Both the position numbers and the translations under genes were made by a program. From contig OY759729.1 of NCBI GenBank assembly GCA_963662585.1, positions 1,792,001-1,856,000 on the forward strand: DNA of 64,000 nt. The letters are read 5' to 3'. Positions 40,154 through 50,698 of the stretch are shown piece after piece. The stretch is from Candidatus Cloacimonadales bacterium. Its GTDB lineage: Bacteria; Cloacimonadota; Cloacimonadia; Cloacimonadales; JAFGVF01. Under the pieces are notes generated by a model, which saw only the letters and a list, made by a program, of their open reading frames with translations, was not told where the DNA came from and searched no databases. How positions within the stretch are numbered: position 1 is the first letter of the stretch; each line of letters opens with the position of its first letter.

Positions 40154-41056
40154 TTAATTATTAGCTACAAGTAAACCCATTGCCATACAGAGCATTTTAG
40201 TCTCTCCTGAGTCTGCTCTTGAAGGAATAAGGATTGGTACTTTAGTTCCCATAACAGCATGAGCTACGCGATAATTACAGTAATAAGTTAACATTTTACC
40301 ATAAATATTACCTGCTTCAATATTAGGAACGATGAGCACATCAGCTTTACCACCAACAGGAGAATTAATCCCTTTGATTTTACAAGCTTCTTCATCAATT
40401 GCATTATCAAATGCTAGAGGTCCATCTACTGTGCAACCTTTGATTTGTCCTCTCTTATTCATTGCTGAAATAATTGCTGCATCAATGGTTGCTGGCATTT
40501 TGGGATTTACCTTTTCAACTGCACAGATTAAGGCAATTTTAGGGTCTTTTATTCCAAAAGCTCTTGCTACTTGAGCTCCACTATTTACGATTGCCACTTT
40601 TTCAGCTAATTCAGGTAAGAGGTTGATTCCTCCATCACCCATAAAAAGAATCTTCTCAGGATGTTCATAAGCAAGAATATCACAAATTACTTTACTAGTT
40701 CTAATTCCAGTTTCTTTATCTAAAACTGCTTTTAAGAGAAGAGCTGTATCAGCTTTTCCTTTCAAAATAACATGTCCTTTATTCTCTTTAGCTAAGCGGA
40801 CACTCACTTTACAAGCTTCAACTAAATCACTGCCTGTATCGATAATTTCGAAAGTATCAGCAATTTCTGGAGCCATAGATTGTAAAAGATGCTTGATTTT
40901 TTCTGCATCTCCAACTAGAATACTGTCACAAAGACCCTCTGTTTTTGCTAAGATTGCTGCTTCTAAAGGAAGTTCTCCTTGAGCTCCGGCAATAATTGCT
41001 TTTTTACCTTCAATAGCCTTGGCAGCTTCTAACATCTCTGTAAAGTTTTTAATCAT
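40154..41056 (-). CDS. ptb: Phosphate butyryl/acetyltransferase
   Basis: LKG, VDGPLAFDNA, PNIEAGN, PSRAD. Confidence 0.82.
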   Translation of the reverse strand: MIKNFTEMLEAAKAIEGKKAIIAGAQGELPLEAAILAKTEGLCDSILVGDAEKIKHLLQSMAPEIADTFEIIDTGSDLVEACKVSVRLAKENKGHVILKGKADTALLLKAVLDKETGIRTSKVICDILAYEHPEKILFMGDGGINLLPELAEKVAIVNSGAQVARAFGIKDPKIALICAVEKVNPKMPATIDAAIISAMNKRGQIKGCTVDGPLAFDNAIDEEACKIKGINSPVGGKADVLIVPNIEAGNIYGKMLTYYCNYRVAHAVMGTKVPILIPSRADSGETKMLCMAMGLLVANN

Positions 41057-41068
41057 TTCTCCTCCAAT

Positions 41069-41929
41069 TTATAATTCATTATTTTTAAAATATTCTTCAA
41101 ACTTCTCTTTATGATAGGAAATCTTATCTCTGATCTTCTCTAAAGCTATTATCTGAAGTTGCCTTACTCTCTCTCTTGATAGTCCCATTTTTTCTGCTAT
41201 TTGAGCAAAGTTCTCCGATTTATTATCTTTCAACCCGAAATAGGAATTGATGATAAATTTTTCTCTGGGACTTAAGGATTCAATCGCATTATCAATCTCT
41301 TGGGTAATCTTCTCTTTATAATAAATGGACTGGGGATCTTGAGATTCTATATTACTAATAAAATCTCCTAAAGATAAGCCTTCATCATCACCAATCTTAG
41401 AATCCATAGATAAGGTATCAACAATTTGATGCTTCAATTTCTTGATAATTTTCTCATTTATATCTGTATTATTACTAAGTTCTTGGTCCGAAGCATGCCG
41501 TCCTGTTTTAGTATAAATAGAAGATTCTGTCGATTTTAGTTTATAAGCAGTATTGATTTTTCCAAGAGGAACTTTTATCATCGAACTTCTTTCAGCTACT
41601 GCTTGCATAATCTTTTGCTTTATCCACCAGATAGCATAAGAGATAAGTTTTATATTTTTATCAGGGTCAAATTTTTGAATTGCTCTGATTAATCCTAAGT
41701 TTCCTTCACTAATGAGCTCTGATAAAGTTAAGCCACGATTCTGATATTTAGCTGCTATTTTAACCACAAACTTTAAATTAGCTTGGAGAAGCTTATTCAT
41801 TGCGTCTTGGTCTCCTCTTGCTGCTTTTATCGCGAGAGCATTCTCCTCTTCTCTAGTATAAGTACCAAATTTGGAAATCTGGTTTAAATAACTCTGAAGA
41901 GCTCTGTCAGAAAATACATTTTCACTCAT
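41069..41929 (-). CDS. RNA polymerase sigma-70 factor (RpoD/RpoS family, no region 1.1)
   Basis: ANLKFVV, EGNLGLIRA..KFD, YAIWWIKQ, SRERVRQ. Confidence 0.92.
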   Translation of the reverse strand: MSENVFSDRALQSYLNQISKFGTYTREEENALAIKAARGDQDAMNKLLQANLKFVVKIAAKYQNRGLTLSELISEGNLGLIRAIQKFDPDKNIKLISYAIWWIKQKIMQAVAERSSMIKVPLGKINTAYKLKSTESSIYTKTGRHASDQELSNNTDINEKIIKKLKHQIVDTLSMDSKIGDDEGLSLGDFISNIESQDPQSIYYKEKITQEIDNAIESLSPREKFIINSYFGLKDNKSENFAQIAEKMGLSRERVRQLQIIALEKIRDKISYHKEKFEEYFKNNEL

Positions 41930-41956
41930 CTTTTATCTCCTAATTATCTGTATAAA

Positions 41957-42946
41957 TTATATCTTCTTAAGAGTATTAATCTCTGATATAATTTTAGCAG
42001 GGTCAATTGGTTTATTAGCCACTCTAATCTCAAAATGTAGATGTGGACCAGTTGATCGTCCAGTTGAGCCTAAGCGGGCAATTATATCACCCTTATTTAC
42101 TTTATCACTCTTTTTTACTAAATTAATCTCGTTGTGGGCATAAACTGTTACAACATCTTTACCATGCTCAATAACTATGACATTTCCATAGTCCCTTAAA
42201 AAGCCAGTATAGCTGACTGTTCCAGAATAAGCTGCCTTTATTTCAGTACCTGGGGGAGCAGTTATATCAACCCCTTTGTGGAGACTTCCTCTTCTCATCC
42301 CAAAAGGAGATGAAATTCTACCACTCACAGGTAACAAATAGCTATTTTTCCACTCTTGAGGGAAGCTACTCGCCTTTCCTTCATTAGGTGAAGAGAAAAG
42401 AGTTGAAGATTTAGTGCCTGTTTGGGAAATTTTAGGCTGAGAAATCTTATCCTTCTTTTTAGCTTCTTCAATATTCTTTTTTTGCTTCTTTTTAGCTTCA
42501 AATTTCTTAATATATAATTCTTGATCAATTGATATAAGATCTGTATCAAGATTATTTATCTCTTTTAACTGAGAAACTGTTAATCCAAAATTTCTACTAA
42601 TCCCATATAGTGTATCCCCTGCTTTAACTTTGTAGAGCAGACCATCTTTACTTTTTAAAGAGTTATACTCTTTTTCTACTATTTGATTATCTTTAACATA
42701 AGTTTCTTTTATTGCTAAATCATGGTTAGCTAAAGGAATATAAAGTCTTTCACCTATTATCAAGTCTGCAAAATATTTATCATTATAATACATAAGTGCA
42801 GAGACAGGTACATTATACTCGCTACTTATTTTAGATAATGTATCGCCACTTTTAACTACATAAATAAAACCTTCACTTTTTCCCTTATTAAAGGAACAAG
42901 CAGAAAGTAGTATCATTAATATTAAAAGTAGCAGTTTTATTTTCAT
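41957..42946 (-). CDS. LysM + M23 peptidase lipoprotein (NlpD-like)
   Basis: Lipobox LSAC, two LysM (YVVKSGDTL, YKVKAGDTL), HKGVD, HLHFE. Confidence 0.9.
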   Translation of the reverse strand: MKIKLLLLILMILLSACSFNKGKSEGFIYVVKSGDTLSKISSEYNVPVSALMYYNDKYFADLIIGERLYIPLANHDLAIKETYVKDNQIVEKEYNSLKSKDGLLYKVKAGDTLYGISRNFGLTVSQLKEINNLDTDLISIDQELYIKKFEAKKKQKKNIEEAKKKDKISQPKISQTGTKSSTLFSSPNEGKASSFPQEWKNSYLLPVSGRISSPFGMRRGSLHKGVDITAPPGTEIKAAYSGTVSYTGFLRDYGNVIVIEHGKDVVTVYAHNEINLVKKSDKVNKGDIIARLGSTGRSTGPHLHFEIRVANKPIDPAKIISEINTLKKI

Positions 42947-43212
42947 TTAATAGCAAATCCTTCATACTCTTTCACTAAAGGTATTTTGAAGGAAGTAACC
43001 TTCTCTACTCGGGAGAAAGTATTTCCTTTTTCTAATTTATCAAGAAATAAGTTTATCCTAAATTCCTCTCCTGTGGCAATTATATAAACTTCTCTTGTGA
43101 ACCTATTCTTCACATAGCCTGAAATGTTATATTGGTGAGCTAGGCCTAAGACAAATCGTCTAAACCCCACACCTTGAACTTTTCCCGTAACTACAATTTC
43201 GCAACTTATCAT
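42943..43212 (-). CDS. acyP: Acylphosphatase
   Basis: GKVQGVGFR, GYVKN. Confidence 0.92.
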   Translation of the reverse strand: MISCEIVVTGKVQGVGFRRFVLGLAHQYNISGYVKNRFTREVYIIATGEEFRINLFLDKLEKGNTFSRVEKVTSFKIPLVKEYEGFAIK

Positions 43213-43471
43213 AAGTATTAGAATAAAACAATAATTGAATTGATGTCAAGATAAAAGTTTTATAATTTTACAAAATCTATAAAGTTTTACAAATTTAGAG
43301 TGATTTAAAGCTAGATCTGCTATTCTCGAAAGAGACAGTATGAATTGGGATTTAGCTGAAATAATTTCTGATTTTTGTAGTTTAACTATTAATATCTGCT
43401 TTTTAAGTAAATAATTTGCTTTTTTCTAAATAAACTCTTGCCAAAAAAAAGAATGGTTTATAAAAAAGAGA

Positions 43472-45307
43472 TTGAGACAAAATGATAATAGGATAAAGGA
43501 TTTGAAAATTAATAAAGTACTGTTGATGATATTAAGTTTATTGGGATTAAGCTATCTAATAGGTGAAGAAGCAGTTCTTCACTATCTTTTAGAAGCAGAT
43601 AAATTTACTTATCATTTAATTGAAAAAGAAGATAAGCTAAATATAGATAACCTAAACTCAGATCTTTTAGATTGGTATAGTATAGATTACTTAAACTATA
43701 AAGAGAAGAAAAATACTGAAAAGATTCTCTATAGGTTAGAGTTACCTGATTCATTAGGAGCTCAAAATAGGATTTTTTTTGTAGGTTATTATACAGCTTT
43801 TAGAATTTACTATGATTCTCAAGAAATCTATGCAGATACTACTCGCTCAGAGTTTATTCATCTTTTTACTTTAAATTATCAGCCTAATGAAAAGTATCTC
43901 TACTTCCTCTATGATGAGGTAATTCCTGGTTATCCTGTTCCTTTTTCTTTAGTCTTTTTAAATGAAGATCTCACAGATACGCCATTTGTATATTTAATTA
44001 TAGAATTAATTTTTGTGCAAATGCTCAACTACTCGGTTGCTATATTCTTCTTTTTAATAGCCTTGATTAGTCTATTTCTTCTTCTGAGAAGTGCCAAATC
44101 TATTAAGAAATATGTGTTTGCTGTCTTTATTTACTCCCTAATAATTGGACTTGATCATGGTCTGAATACCCTTCTAATGGCCTATACTGGAGTATCACCA
44201 AAGATATACTATTGGATTGATTCCATGATGTTCCAACTTTTCTTAATTATGATTGTTACGATGGCAGATTATATCTTCTCTGATGGCAAATCTAAGTTTT
44301 TACGCCTGTTAAAATACCTGATTATTTTACTTACAGTCGTTAATTTATTAGTAACTAACTTTATCCAGTTCTTCACCTTTTTTGATAAGCTGAATTTTGC
44401 TTTATATGCTATCACTATTATCTATTTAATTATTTATTTAATCAAGAAATTTAGATTTATAAAAGAAAAACTTAATATATTTGTGGCTATTATCTTTATT
44501 TTAGCCCCCATGCTAATGTTTGTAACTCGTAATCTTAAGTATGTCCCTTATGTCTCATCAATTTATGTTCTTATCTCTGTATCAATTCTCTATATCTTTG
44601 TCTATAATTTCTTTGCTAGATTTAGAAATAATGAAACTATTTTAATCAATACTAAGCTAGATCTACAAGAGAAAGAGAATGAAATTCTCAGATTAGAAAA
44701 AGACCAACTTAAGAGCAGTGTTTCTCATTTGAAAGGACAGCTCAATCCTCACTTCTTATTTAACAGCCTATCAACCTTAACAGGGATTATTACTCTTGAT
44801 CAAGAAAAAGCAGTTAATTATGTTGAAGAATTATCTTCTATGTATCGGTATGTACTGCAAACCGATAGTAAAGAACTTATAGATTTAGGCTCTGAGTTAG
44901 ATTTAATTAATTCTTATAACTATTTAATCAAAATGAAATATGGCAAAAACTATTGCCTAAATATAGATATTGATGATGAGTACTTAGAGTACAAACTCCC
45001 ACCTTTATCGCTTCAAACTATGTTGGAAAATGTCTTTAAGCATAACACCATAGATATTAATCACAAAATGAATATTGACATCTTTATGGAGAAAATGTTT
45101 ATTGTAATTATTAATGATATTCATGAGAAAGCCTCTGCTTTCCAATATAAAGAGAAATTACCAGGTATAGGTCAGCAGAATATTACAGCTATTTACCAAT
45201 ACTATGGTCATGAAAAACCAAGTTATGAGATAGTAGAAAATAAATATATTGTAAAAATACCACTAATAGATAAGGATGTAAAAAATGTTAAATATACTAA
45301 TCATTGA
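43472..45307 (+). CDS. Membrane sensor histidine kinase, LytS type (start may be downstream)
   Basis: Multiple TM segments; LKGQLNPHFLFNSL; LQTMLENVFKH. Confidence 0.88.
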   Translation: MRQNDNRIKDLKINKVLLMILSLLGLSYLIGEEAVLHYLLEADKFTYHLIEKEDKLNIDNLNSDLLDWYSIDYLNYKEKKNTEKILYRLELPDSLGAQNRIFFVGYYTAFRIYYDSQEIYADTTRSEFIHLFTLNYQPNEKYLYFLYDEVIPGYPVPFSLVFLNEDLTDTPFVYLIIELIFVQMLNYSVAIFFFLIALISLFLLLRSAKSIKKYVFAVFIYSLIIGLDHGLNTLLMAYTGVSPKIYYWIDSMMFQLFLIMIVTMADYIFSDGKSKFLRLLKYLIILLTVVNLLVTNFIQFFTFFDKLNFALYAITIIYLIIYLIKKFRFIKEKLNIFVAIIFILAPMLMFVTRNLKYVPYVSSIYVLISVSILYIFVYNFFARFRNNETILINTKLDLQEKENEILRLEKDQLKSSVSHLKGQLNPHFLFNSLSTLTGIITLDQEKAVNYVEELSSMYRYVLQTDSKELIDLGSELDLINSYNYLIKMKYGKNYCLNIDIDDEYLEYKLPPLSLQTMLENVFKHNTIDINHKMNIDIFMEKMFIVIINDIHEKASAFQYKEKLPGIGQQNITAIYQYYGHEKPSYEIVENKYIVKIPLIDKDVKNVKYTNH

Positions 45308-46076
45308 AGATGAAGAAATTATTGCTCAACGCTTAGTTCAGTTATTAAATCAAATACAAGTTGATTACCATCTTTGTGGCATATTAGGTTCTGTACAGGA
45401 AACTATTGAATGGTTAACCCAAAATGATCAGCCTGATTTAATTTTTGCCGATATTCAATTATCAGATGGTAACAGTTTTTCTATCTTCAAAGCTGTAACC
45501 GTTAAGTCAAAAATTATTTTCACAACCTCTTATGATGAATTTGCCCTTGATGCTTTCAATGTCAATAGCGTAGATTATCTCCTTAAACCTATTACTGCCA
45601 AAAAACTACAAAAATCTTTTGAAAAACTAGAAGAAATGACCTTAGCCTTTGCTCATAATCAAGAAGAAAAGAGTGATGAATCAGAAGAAGAAAAAATTGC
45701 TCATCTGTTAGATTATCTAGATCATAAAGATAAAGGTTTTAGAAATCGCTTCCTAATCAAAATGGGTAACTCCTATAAATCTATTACTGCCGAAGAGATA
45801 GCTTATTTCTTTGTTTCTAACAAAACTACTTATCTCATGACTTTTACAAAAAGAAAGTACTCCTTAGATACTCCCCTAGATGAACTCGATAAAGAACTTG
45901 ATACTAAACTTTTTTTTAGAATTAACCGTCAAATGATTGTTAATATTAATGCTATTCAAGAAATTCATACCTTCTTTAATAGTAGATTACTTCTAAATAT
46001 TGATCCTTCTTTTGAGGAAGATGTATTGGTTACCAGATCTAATATTGCCAAGTTTAAAGATTGGATGAATAGCTAA
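45285..46076 (+). CDS. LytTR family response regulator
   Basis: IEDE, DIQLSDG, DYLLKP; FFRINRQ LytTR motif. Confidence 0.93.
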   Translation: MLNILIIEDEEIIAQRLVQLLNQIQVDYHLCGILGSVQETIEWLTQNDQPDLIFADIQLSDGNSFSIFKAVTVKSKIIFTTSYDEFALDAFNVNSVDYLLKPITAKKLQKSFEKLEEMTLAFAHNQEEKSDESEEEKIAHLLDYLDHKDKGFRNRFLIKMGNSYKSITAEEIAYFFVSNKTTYLMTFTKRKYSLDTPLDELDKELDTKLFFRINRQMIVNINAIQEIHTFFNSRLLLNIDPSFEEDVLVTRSNIAKFKDWMNS

Positions 46077-46553
46077 AAAGCAAATTTATAATTTAGAATG
46101 GAGAATGGAGAATGGAGAATTGAGAGACAGAGAGACAGAGAGACAAAGAGACAGAGAGAAGAAAAATCTACCAATAATTTCACGAATTAAGAAAATATCC
46201 TGAAGGGATTAAATAGATTAGCCCAGGGTCTCATTTTTTGAAGAAAAATTGACCCTGGGTATGGTACACCAATATTTATTTAACCCTGTCTTGTGAAGGC
46301 GAAGCATTAGCGTAGACTCAAAGGGTTTAATAGAGAAAATAATAATTACTAAAAAATCGGTCAAATTATTTAGGACTGAACATTCACACGAATTAACGCG
46401 AATGTAGGGGCCAATTGCCATACGCCTTCTTGAAAAGTTCCCTAACACAAAGTTTTTAAGAAAAGTTTTGAGAATGTGATAAGATCTCTTCAGCCGGATT
46501 GCATGCACCCTTGCATGCGAAAAACCTTATAAAAATCTAATGTTATCTTATTA

Positions 46554-48206
46554 CTAATCTTTCCGACACCTAAGTTATTGCAAATAAACTACTAATTTGC
46601 ACATCATAGCGACTCATATGTCTTTTTATCAGTTAATTATGCAATTCTGCCATTATACCGAATATCTACCTCTGTGATTTTATCTATAATTTCTTCATTT
46701 TCAAAGAATTTTCTTATCATGATATCAACATCCTTTCTTAACTCAGTTAAATTTGTGTATCCATAAGCTATTGAATAATCGATGAAGTCTTTTACTTTTT
46801 GAGTAAAAATCGTATTAATAAATATGATTAATGATGCATCTTCAAGCTCTTCATAAAATTCAATTAATAACTGTTCCATAGAAGGATATGGTTTTTGCTG
46901 TTTTTTGTAACATAGTATGTTATAAAAAACATACCTAATAGTCAAATCAGCTATCATAGCAGAGTATTTTGAAGAATGGCTCTGATTATATCCAAAATAT
47001 TGTTTAATCTCTTTAAATACACATTCTATTGACCATCTTCTCATATAAATTTTTAAAACTTCTATTTCTGAAAGTTGTAAATCAGTTGCTAAAATAGCCT
47101 TCCATCTTTTAACATTAGGGTACTTAAAAAAGCATATTTTAATCTTTTCTATTACTTTTCTTTCATTTATTTTTCTTGAACTTGAAGTATCTAATAATTC
47201 AACAATAACAGATTTATATTTTATTCCGGATTTCCTATCATAAAACCATTTACCAGCTATTTTGTTTAGGGTTTTCAAATCATAATATTGACCTTTAAAC
47301 TTATATTTCTGGGAACCATTTTTTAACATAGACACTAGTGTTATTCCAAGTGGTACAAGTCTTTTAAATACAAAGTTATAACTTGTGTTGTTATTGAACC
47401 AAGAATCCCATAATACATATTTAAAAGGTATTTTTCTCTGAATAGTGCGTTTTATCATTTTAATTACAATTTGAGTCTTCTTTTCTTTTGAGAAACGATT
47501 TCTTTGCTCAGTATGAGTGCCTTTGTGGTATCTGGGTCTTTTTGACTTTTTGACTTTTTTCTTTCCAATTTTTAATTCAAAATCTAATACAATAGCTGAT
47601 AACCCATTACTCCACACTTCAGTTATGTTTTGAAACCCTTTGAAGTATTTTGATAAACAGTGATCATGAAACCAACTGATATATTCTGTCTTTTTCCCTG
47701 TTTTTACTTTCGATGTATCATCAAAAATTATACAATTATCATTTTCACAGGAAGTATCACTTAGCTTAATAAACCTTAAAGCAACTTTATATAATAGATT
47801 TCTCCATTTATAATTAGAGTTGTTTAGCATATCATTAATGGGTGTTTTAAATTTTGATATATTATTGAATTTTAGACCAAAATATAAGGATTTTTTATTC
47901 TCAAGAATCATGAACATAAAAAGAAGCATCAATTCAATGATGGTATGACCTTTTTGTTTTACTATACCAACTTGCTTCAAAATACTTCCAAATTTAAATA
48001 TTTCAAATAACTCTATTATTAATCCTGAATTCAAGCTTGACACTTTTACCTGTTTGTATTTTTTTAGCATATATACCTCGTTTTTTATAGTTTCGTTTAT
48101 TTCCGTAAACAACTAAACTATAATCATATACGAGGTATTTTTGTCAATATCTATTTTTATCTATTTTATTGTTACACAACAACTTAATTCATGTCGGAAA
48201 GATTAG
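46554..48206 (-). mobile_element. Insertion sequence (IS4/IS701-like DDE), 1653 bp
   Basis: 15-bp TIR CTAATCTTTCCGACA at 46554-46568 and 48192-48206; TSD TTATTA at 46548-46553 and 48207-48212. Confidence 0.92.
46637..48070 (-). CDS. DDE transposase (IS4-like superfamily)
   Basis: IFDDT, LWDSWF, YMRRWSIECVFKEIKQ (YREK-like); GAGGT RBS before ATG 48070. Confidence 0.92.
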   Translation of the reverse strand: MLKKYKQVKVSSLNSGLIIELFEIFKFGSILKQVGIVKQKGHTIIELMLLFMFMILENKKSLYFGLKFNNISKFKTPINDMLNNSNYKWRNLLYKVALRFIKLSDTSCENDNCIIFDDTSKVKTGKKTEYISWFHDHCLSKYFKGFQNITEVWSNGLSAIVLDFELKIGKKKVKKSKRPRYHKGTHTEQRNRFSKEKKTQIVIKMIKRTIQRKIPFKYVLWDSWFNNNTSYNFVFKRLVPLGITLVSMLKNGSQKYKFKGQYYDLKTLNKIAGKWFYDRKSGIKYKSVIVELLDTSSSRKINERKVIEKIKICFFKYPNVKRWKAILATDLQLSEIEVLKIYMRRWSIECVFKEIKQYFGYNQSHSSKYSAMIADLTIRYVFYNILCYKKQQKPYPSMEQLLIEFYEELEDASLIIFINTIFTQKVKDFIDYSIAYGYTNLTELRKDVDIMIRKFFENEEIIDKITEVDIRYNGRIA

Positions 48207-49337
48207 TTATTATTGTCTTATGTGGAAGCAGAGACGCTTCCACTCCATAGAAGAAAACACCCCCTGTGTCCCCCTCACGGAGGGGGATTTAAGATTCACG
48301 GACTAAAGGTCCGTAACCGTAACCCCAGTTCTTCAATCCCAAAGGGATTAAATAGATTAGCCCAGGGTCTCATTTTTTGAAGAAAAATTGACCCTGGGTA
48401 TGGTACACCAATATTTGTGTAACCCTGTCTTGTGAAGGCGAAGCATTAGCGTAGACTCAAAGGGTTTAATAGAGAAAATAATAATTACTAAAAAATCGGT
48501 CAAATTATTTAGGACTGAACATTCACACGAATTAACGCGAATGTAGGGGCCTATTGCCATACGCCTTCTTGAAAAGTTCCCTAACACAAAGTTTTTAAGA
48601 AAAGTTTTGAGAATGTGATAAGATCTCTTCTGCCGGATTGCATGCACCCTTGCATGCGAAAAACCTTATAAAAATCTAATGTTATCTTATTATTGTCTTA
48701 TGTGGAAGCAGAGACGCTTCCACTCCATAGAAGAAAACACCCCCTGTGTCCCCCTCACGGAGGGGGATTTAAGATTCACGGACTAAAGGTCCGTAACCCC
48801 AGTTAATCACTAAAGATGATAGTTTACAGCATGATAATCCCTCTTCTGCCGGATTGCATGCACCCTTGCATGCGAAAAACCTTATAAAAATCTAATGTTA
48901 TCTTATTATTGTCTTATGTGGAAGCAGAGAGGCTTCCACTCCATAGAAGAAAACACCCCCTGTGTCCCCCTCACGGAGGGGGATTTGAGATTCACGGACT
49001 AAAGGTCCGTAACCCCAGTTCTTCAATCCCAAAGGGATTAAATAGATTAGCCCTGGGTCTCATTTTTTGAAGAAAAATTGACCCTGGGTATGGTACACCA
49101 ATATTCGTGTAACCCTGTAAGGTTTTATCACACTCTTGAAATTCTCTCCATTTCCCTTGCTCTGTGACTGTCATCTCAAATATTATTTGAATTTTATTCG
49201 TAATATCATTAATGGAGCATTAAGAGACTAAGAGAAAAGGAAAGAAAAAGCAGAATTGTAGAAAAGGATAAAAGCTATAATATCAACAATTTACGAATCT
49301 AAAATCTAAAGTAAAAGATAATAATATAAAAAAGATA

Positions 49338-49364
49338 TTGACAGTTTGACGAATTTGTCAAACT
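49338..49364 (+). promoter_or_regulatory. -35 box overlapped by a putative ArsR operator
   Basis: TTGACA at 49338; palindrome AGTTTGAC-N6-GTCAAACT at 49343-49364. Confidence 0.65.
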
Positions 49365-49387
49365 TGAAATTATCAGGAGATAAAACT

Positions 49388-49711
49388 ATGGAATATTCAA
49401 AAGAAAAATATGAAATGCTAGCAGATATATTAAAAGCTACAGCACACCCTGTCAGACTTTATATATTAGAGACTTTGTTAGATCGTAAGCTCTGCGTAAA
49501 GGAATTTGCCGATGAATTAGGTTTTGATATTTCAACCATATCAAAACATTTAACTATGATGAAGAAGAGTGGTTTAATTTATGATTATCGAGAAGGTAAT
49601 TGTGTTTATTACATGATTAGATGTGATTGTGTTAGCAGATTTTTAAAGGCTTCTAAGGATATTTTATATTCAAATATGGAGCGAGAAAAACAGCTTTTTA
49701 AAGGAAATTAG
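49388..49711 (+). CDS. ArsR/SmtB family transcriptional regulator
   Basis: KATAHPVRL, CV, STISKHL; AGGAG RBS before ATG 49388. Confidence 0.9.
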   Translation: MEYSKEKYEMLADILKATAHPVRLYILETLLDRKLCVKEFADELGFDISTISKHLTMMKKSGLIYDYREGNCVYYMIRCDCVSRFLKASKDILYSNMEREKQLFKGN

Positions 49712-49714
49712 ATT

Positions 49715-50671
49715 ATGTTTCATTTTTTAGAAGTTTTTGGAGAATTCATAACGAGATCAGTTGGCTTGGATTTAGATTCACATTGGGGTGAAGCTTTAAC
49801 TTTCTTTATCTATGATACTTTAAAGATTATTATTATGCTAAGTATAATGATTTTCTTAATATCATATTTAAGATCTTACATTAATCCGACTAAATTAAAG
49901 AAGGTAATATCTAAGGTTAGTGGGCTTGGTGGTCATATTTTAGCATCAATATTTGGTATAGTGACTCCATTCTGTTCTTGTTCATCAGTGCCAATGTTCA
50001 TAGCTTTTGTCGAGGCTGGTATTCCTGTAGGAGTAACACTCTCATTTTTGATAACTTCACCAATAGTTAATGAAGCAGCATTTGCTATTTTATTAGCATC
50101 CTTTGGCTGGAAAATTGCTGTTATATATGTTATCTGTGGTCTTGTAGTGGGAATTGTTGGTGGAATAGTAATTGGATTATTTAAACCAAGAAAATGGGTT
50201 GAACCCTATGTTTTTGAAATGAAGTTTGGTAACTCAGCAGAAGAGCAATTCTCAAGTCAAAATGATAGATTGAAGTGGTCAATTGATCAGGTGAAAGATA
50301 TTGTCGGAAGAGTTTGGTACTTCGTTTTAATAGGAATAGGAATTGGAGCCGTTATTCATGGTTGGGTGCCTGACGGAGCTTTAGCAAATATTGCTGGTTC
50401 AGATAATCCTTTTAGCGTAATAGTAGCTGTAATTGTAGGTATTCCTTTGTATTCTAATGCTTTAGGGACAATACCAATTGCTGAAGCATTAATTAATAAA
50501 GGTGTGGGAATCGGTACTGCCTTAGCATTCATGATGTCTGTTACTGCCTTATCTCTTCCTGAGTGTATAATCCTTAAGAAGGTAATAAAACCGAAATTAA
50601 TAGCTATATTTATAGCAACTACAGGGATTGGAATTATCCTGGTGGGATATGTTTTTAATCTGTTATTTTAA
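49715..50671 (+). CDS. DUF318/ArsP-type permease
   Basis: TPFCSCS, SFLITSP, LSLPE; ars-type context. Confidence 0.85.
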   Translation: MFHFLEVFGEFITRSVGLDLDSHWGEALTFFIYDTLKIIIMLSIMIFLISYLRSYINPTKLKKVISKVSGLGGHILASIFGIVTPFCSCSSVPMFIAFVEAGIPVGVTLSFLITSPIVNEAAFAILLASFGWKIAVIYVICGLVVGIVGGIVIGLFKPRKWVEPYVFEMKFGNSAEEQFSSQNDRLKWSIDQVKDIVGRVWYFVLIGIGIGAVIHGWVPDGALANIAGSDNPFSVIVAVIVGIPLYSNALGTIPIAEALINKGVGIGTALAFMMSVTALSLPECIILKKVIKPKLIAIFIATTGIGIILVGYVFNLLF

Positions 50672-50698
50672 ACAAAATCAATAAAAAGGAGAAGAGAG

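Larger units (their letters stand above)
46092..49130 (-). repeat. Second mosaic repeat cluster (R, module-A parts and module C, inverted relative to the array), split by an IS
   Basis: Reverse-complement R at 46477-46534, 48616-48673, 48832-48889; ~280-bp module C at ~46197-46476 and ~48336-48615, partial at 49021-49125; GAGAATG/GAGAGACA tandem runs at 46096-46160. Confidence 0.92.

Noticed and set aside
41069..42946. Naming the sigma gene rpoS from the nlpD-like neighbour
   Set aside because: The arrangement resembles nlpD-rpoS, but the sequence alone does not separate RpoS from other short group 1/2 sigma factors
46218..48647. 96-aa ORFs at 46218-46508 and 48357-48647 (and the 105-aa ORF at 57227-57544)
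   Set aside because: These are translations of repeat R plus module C
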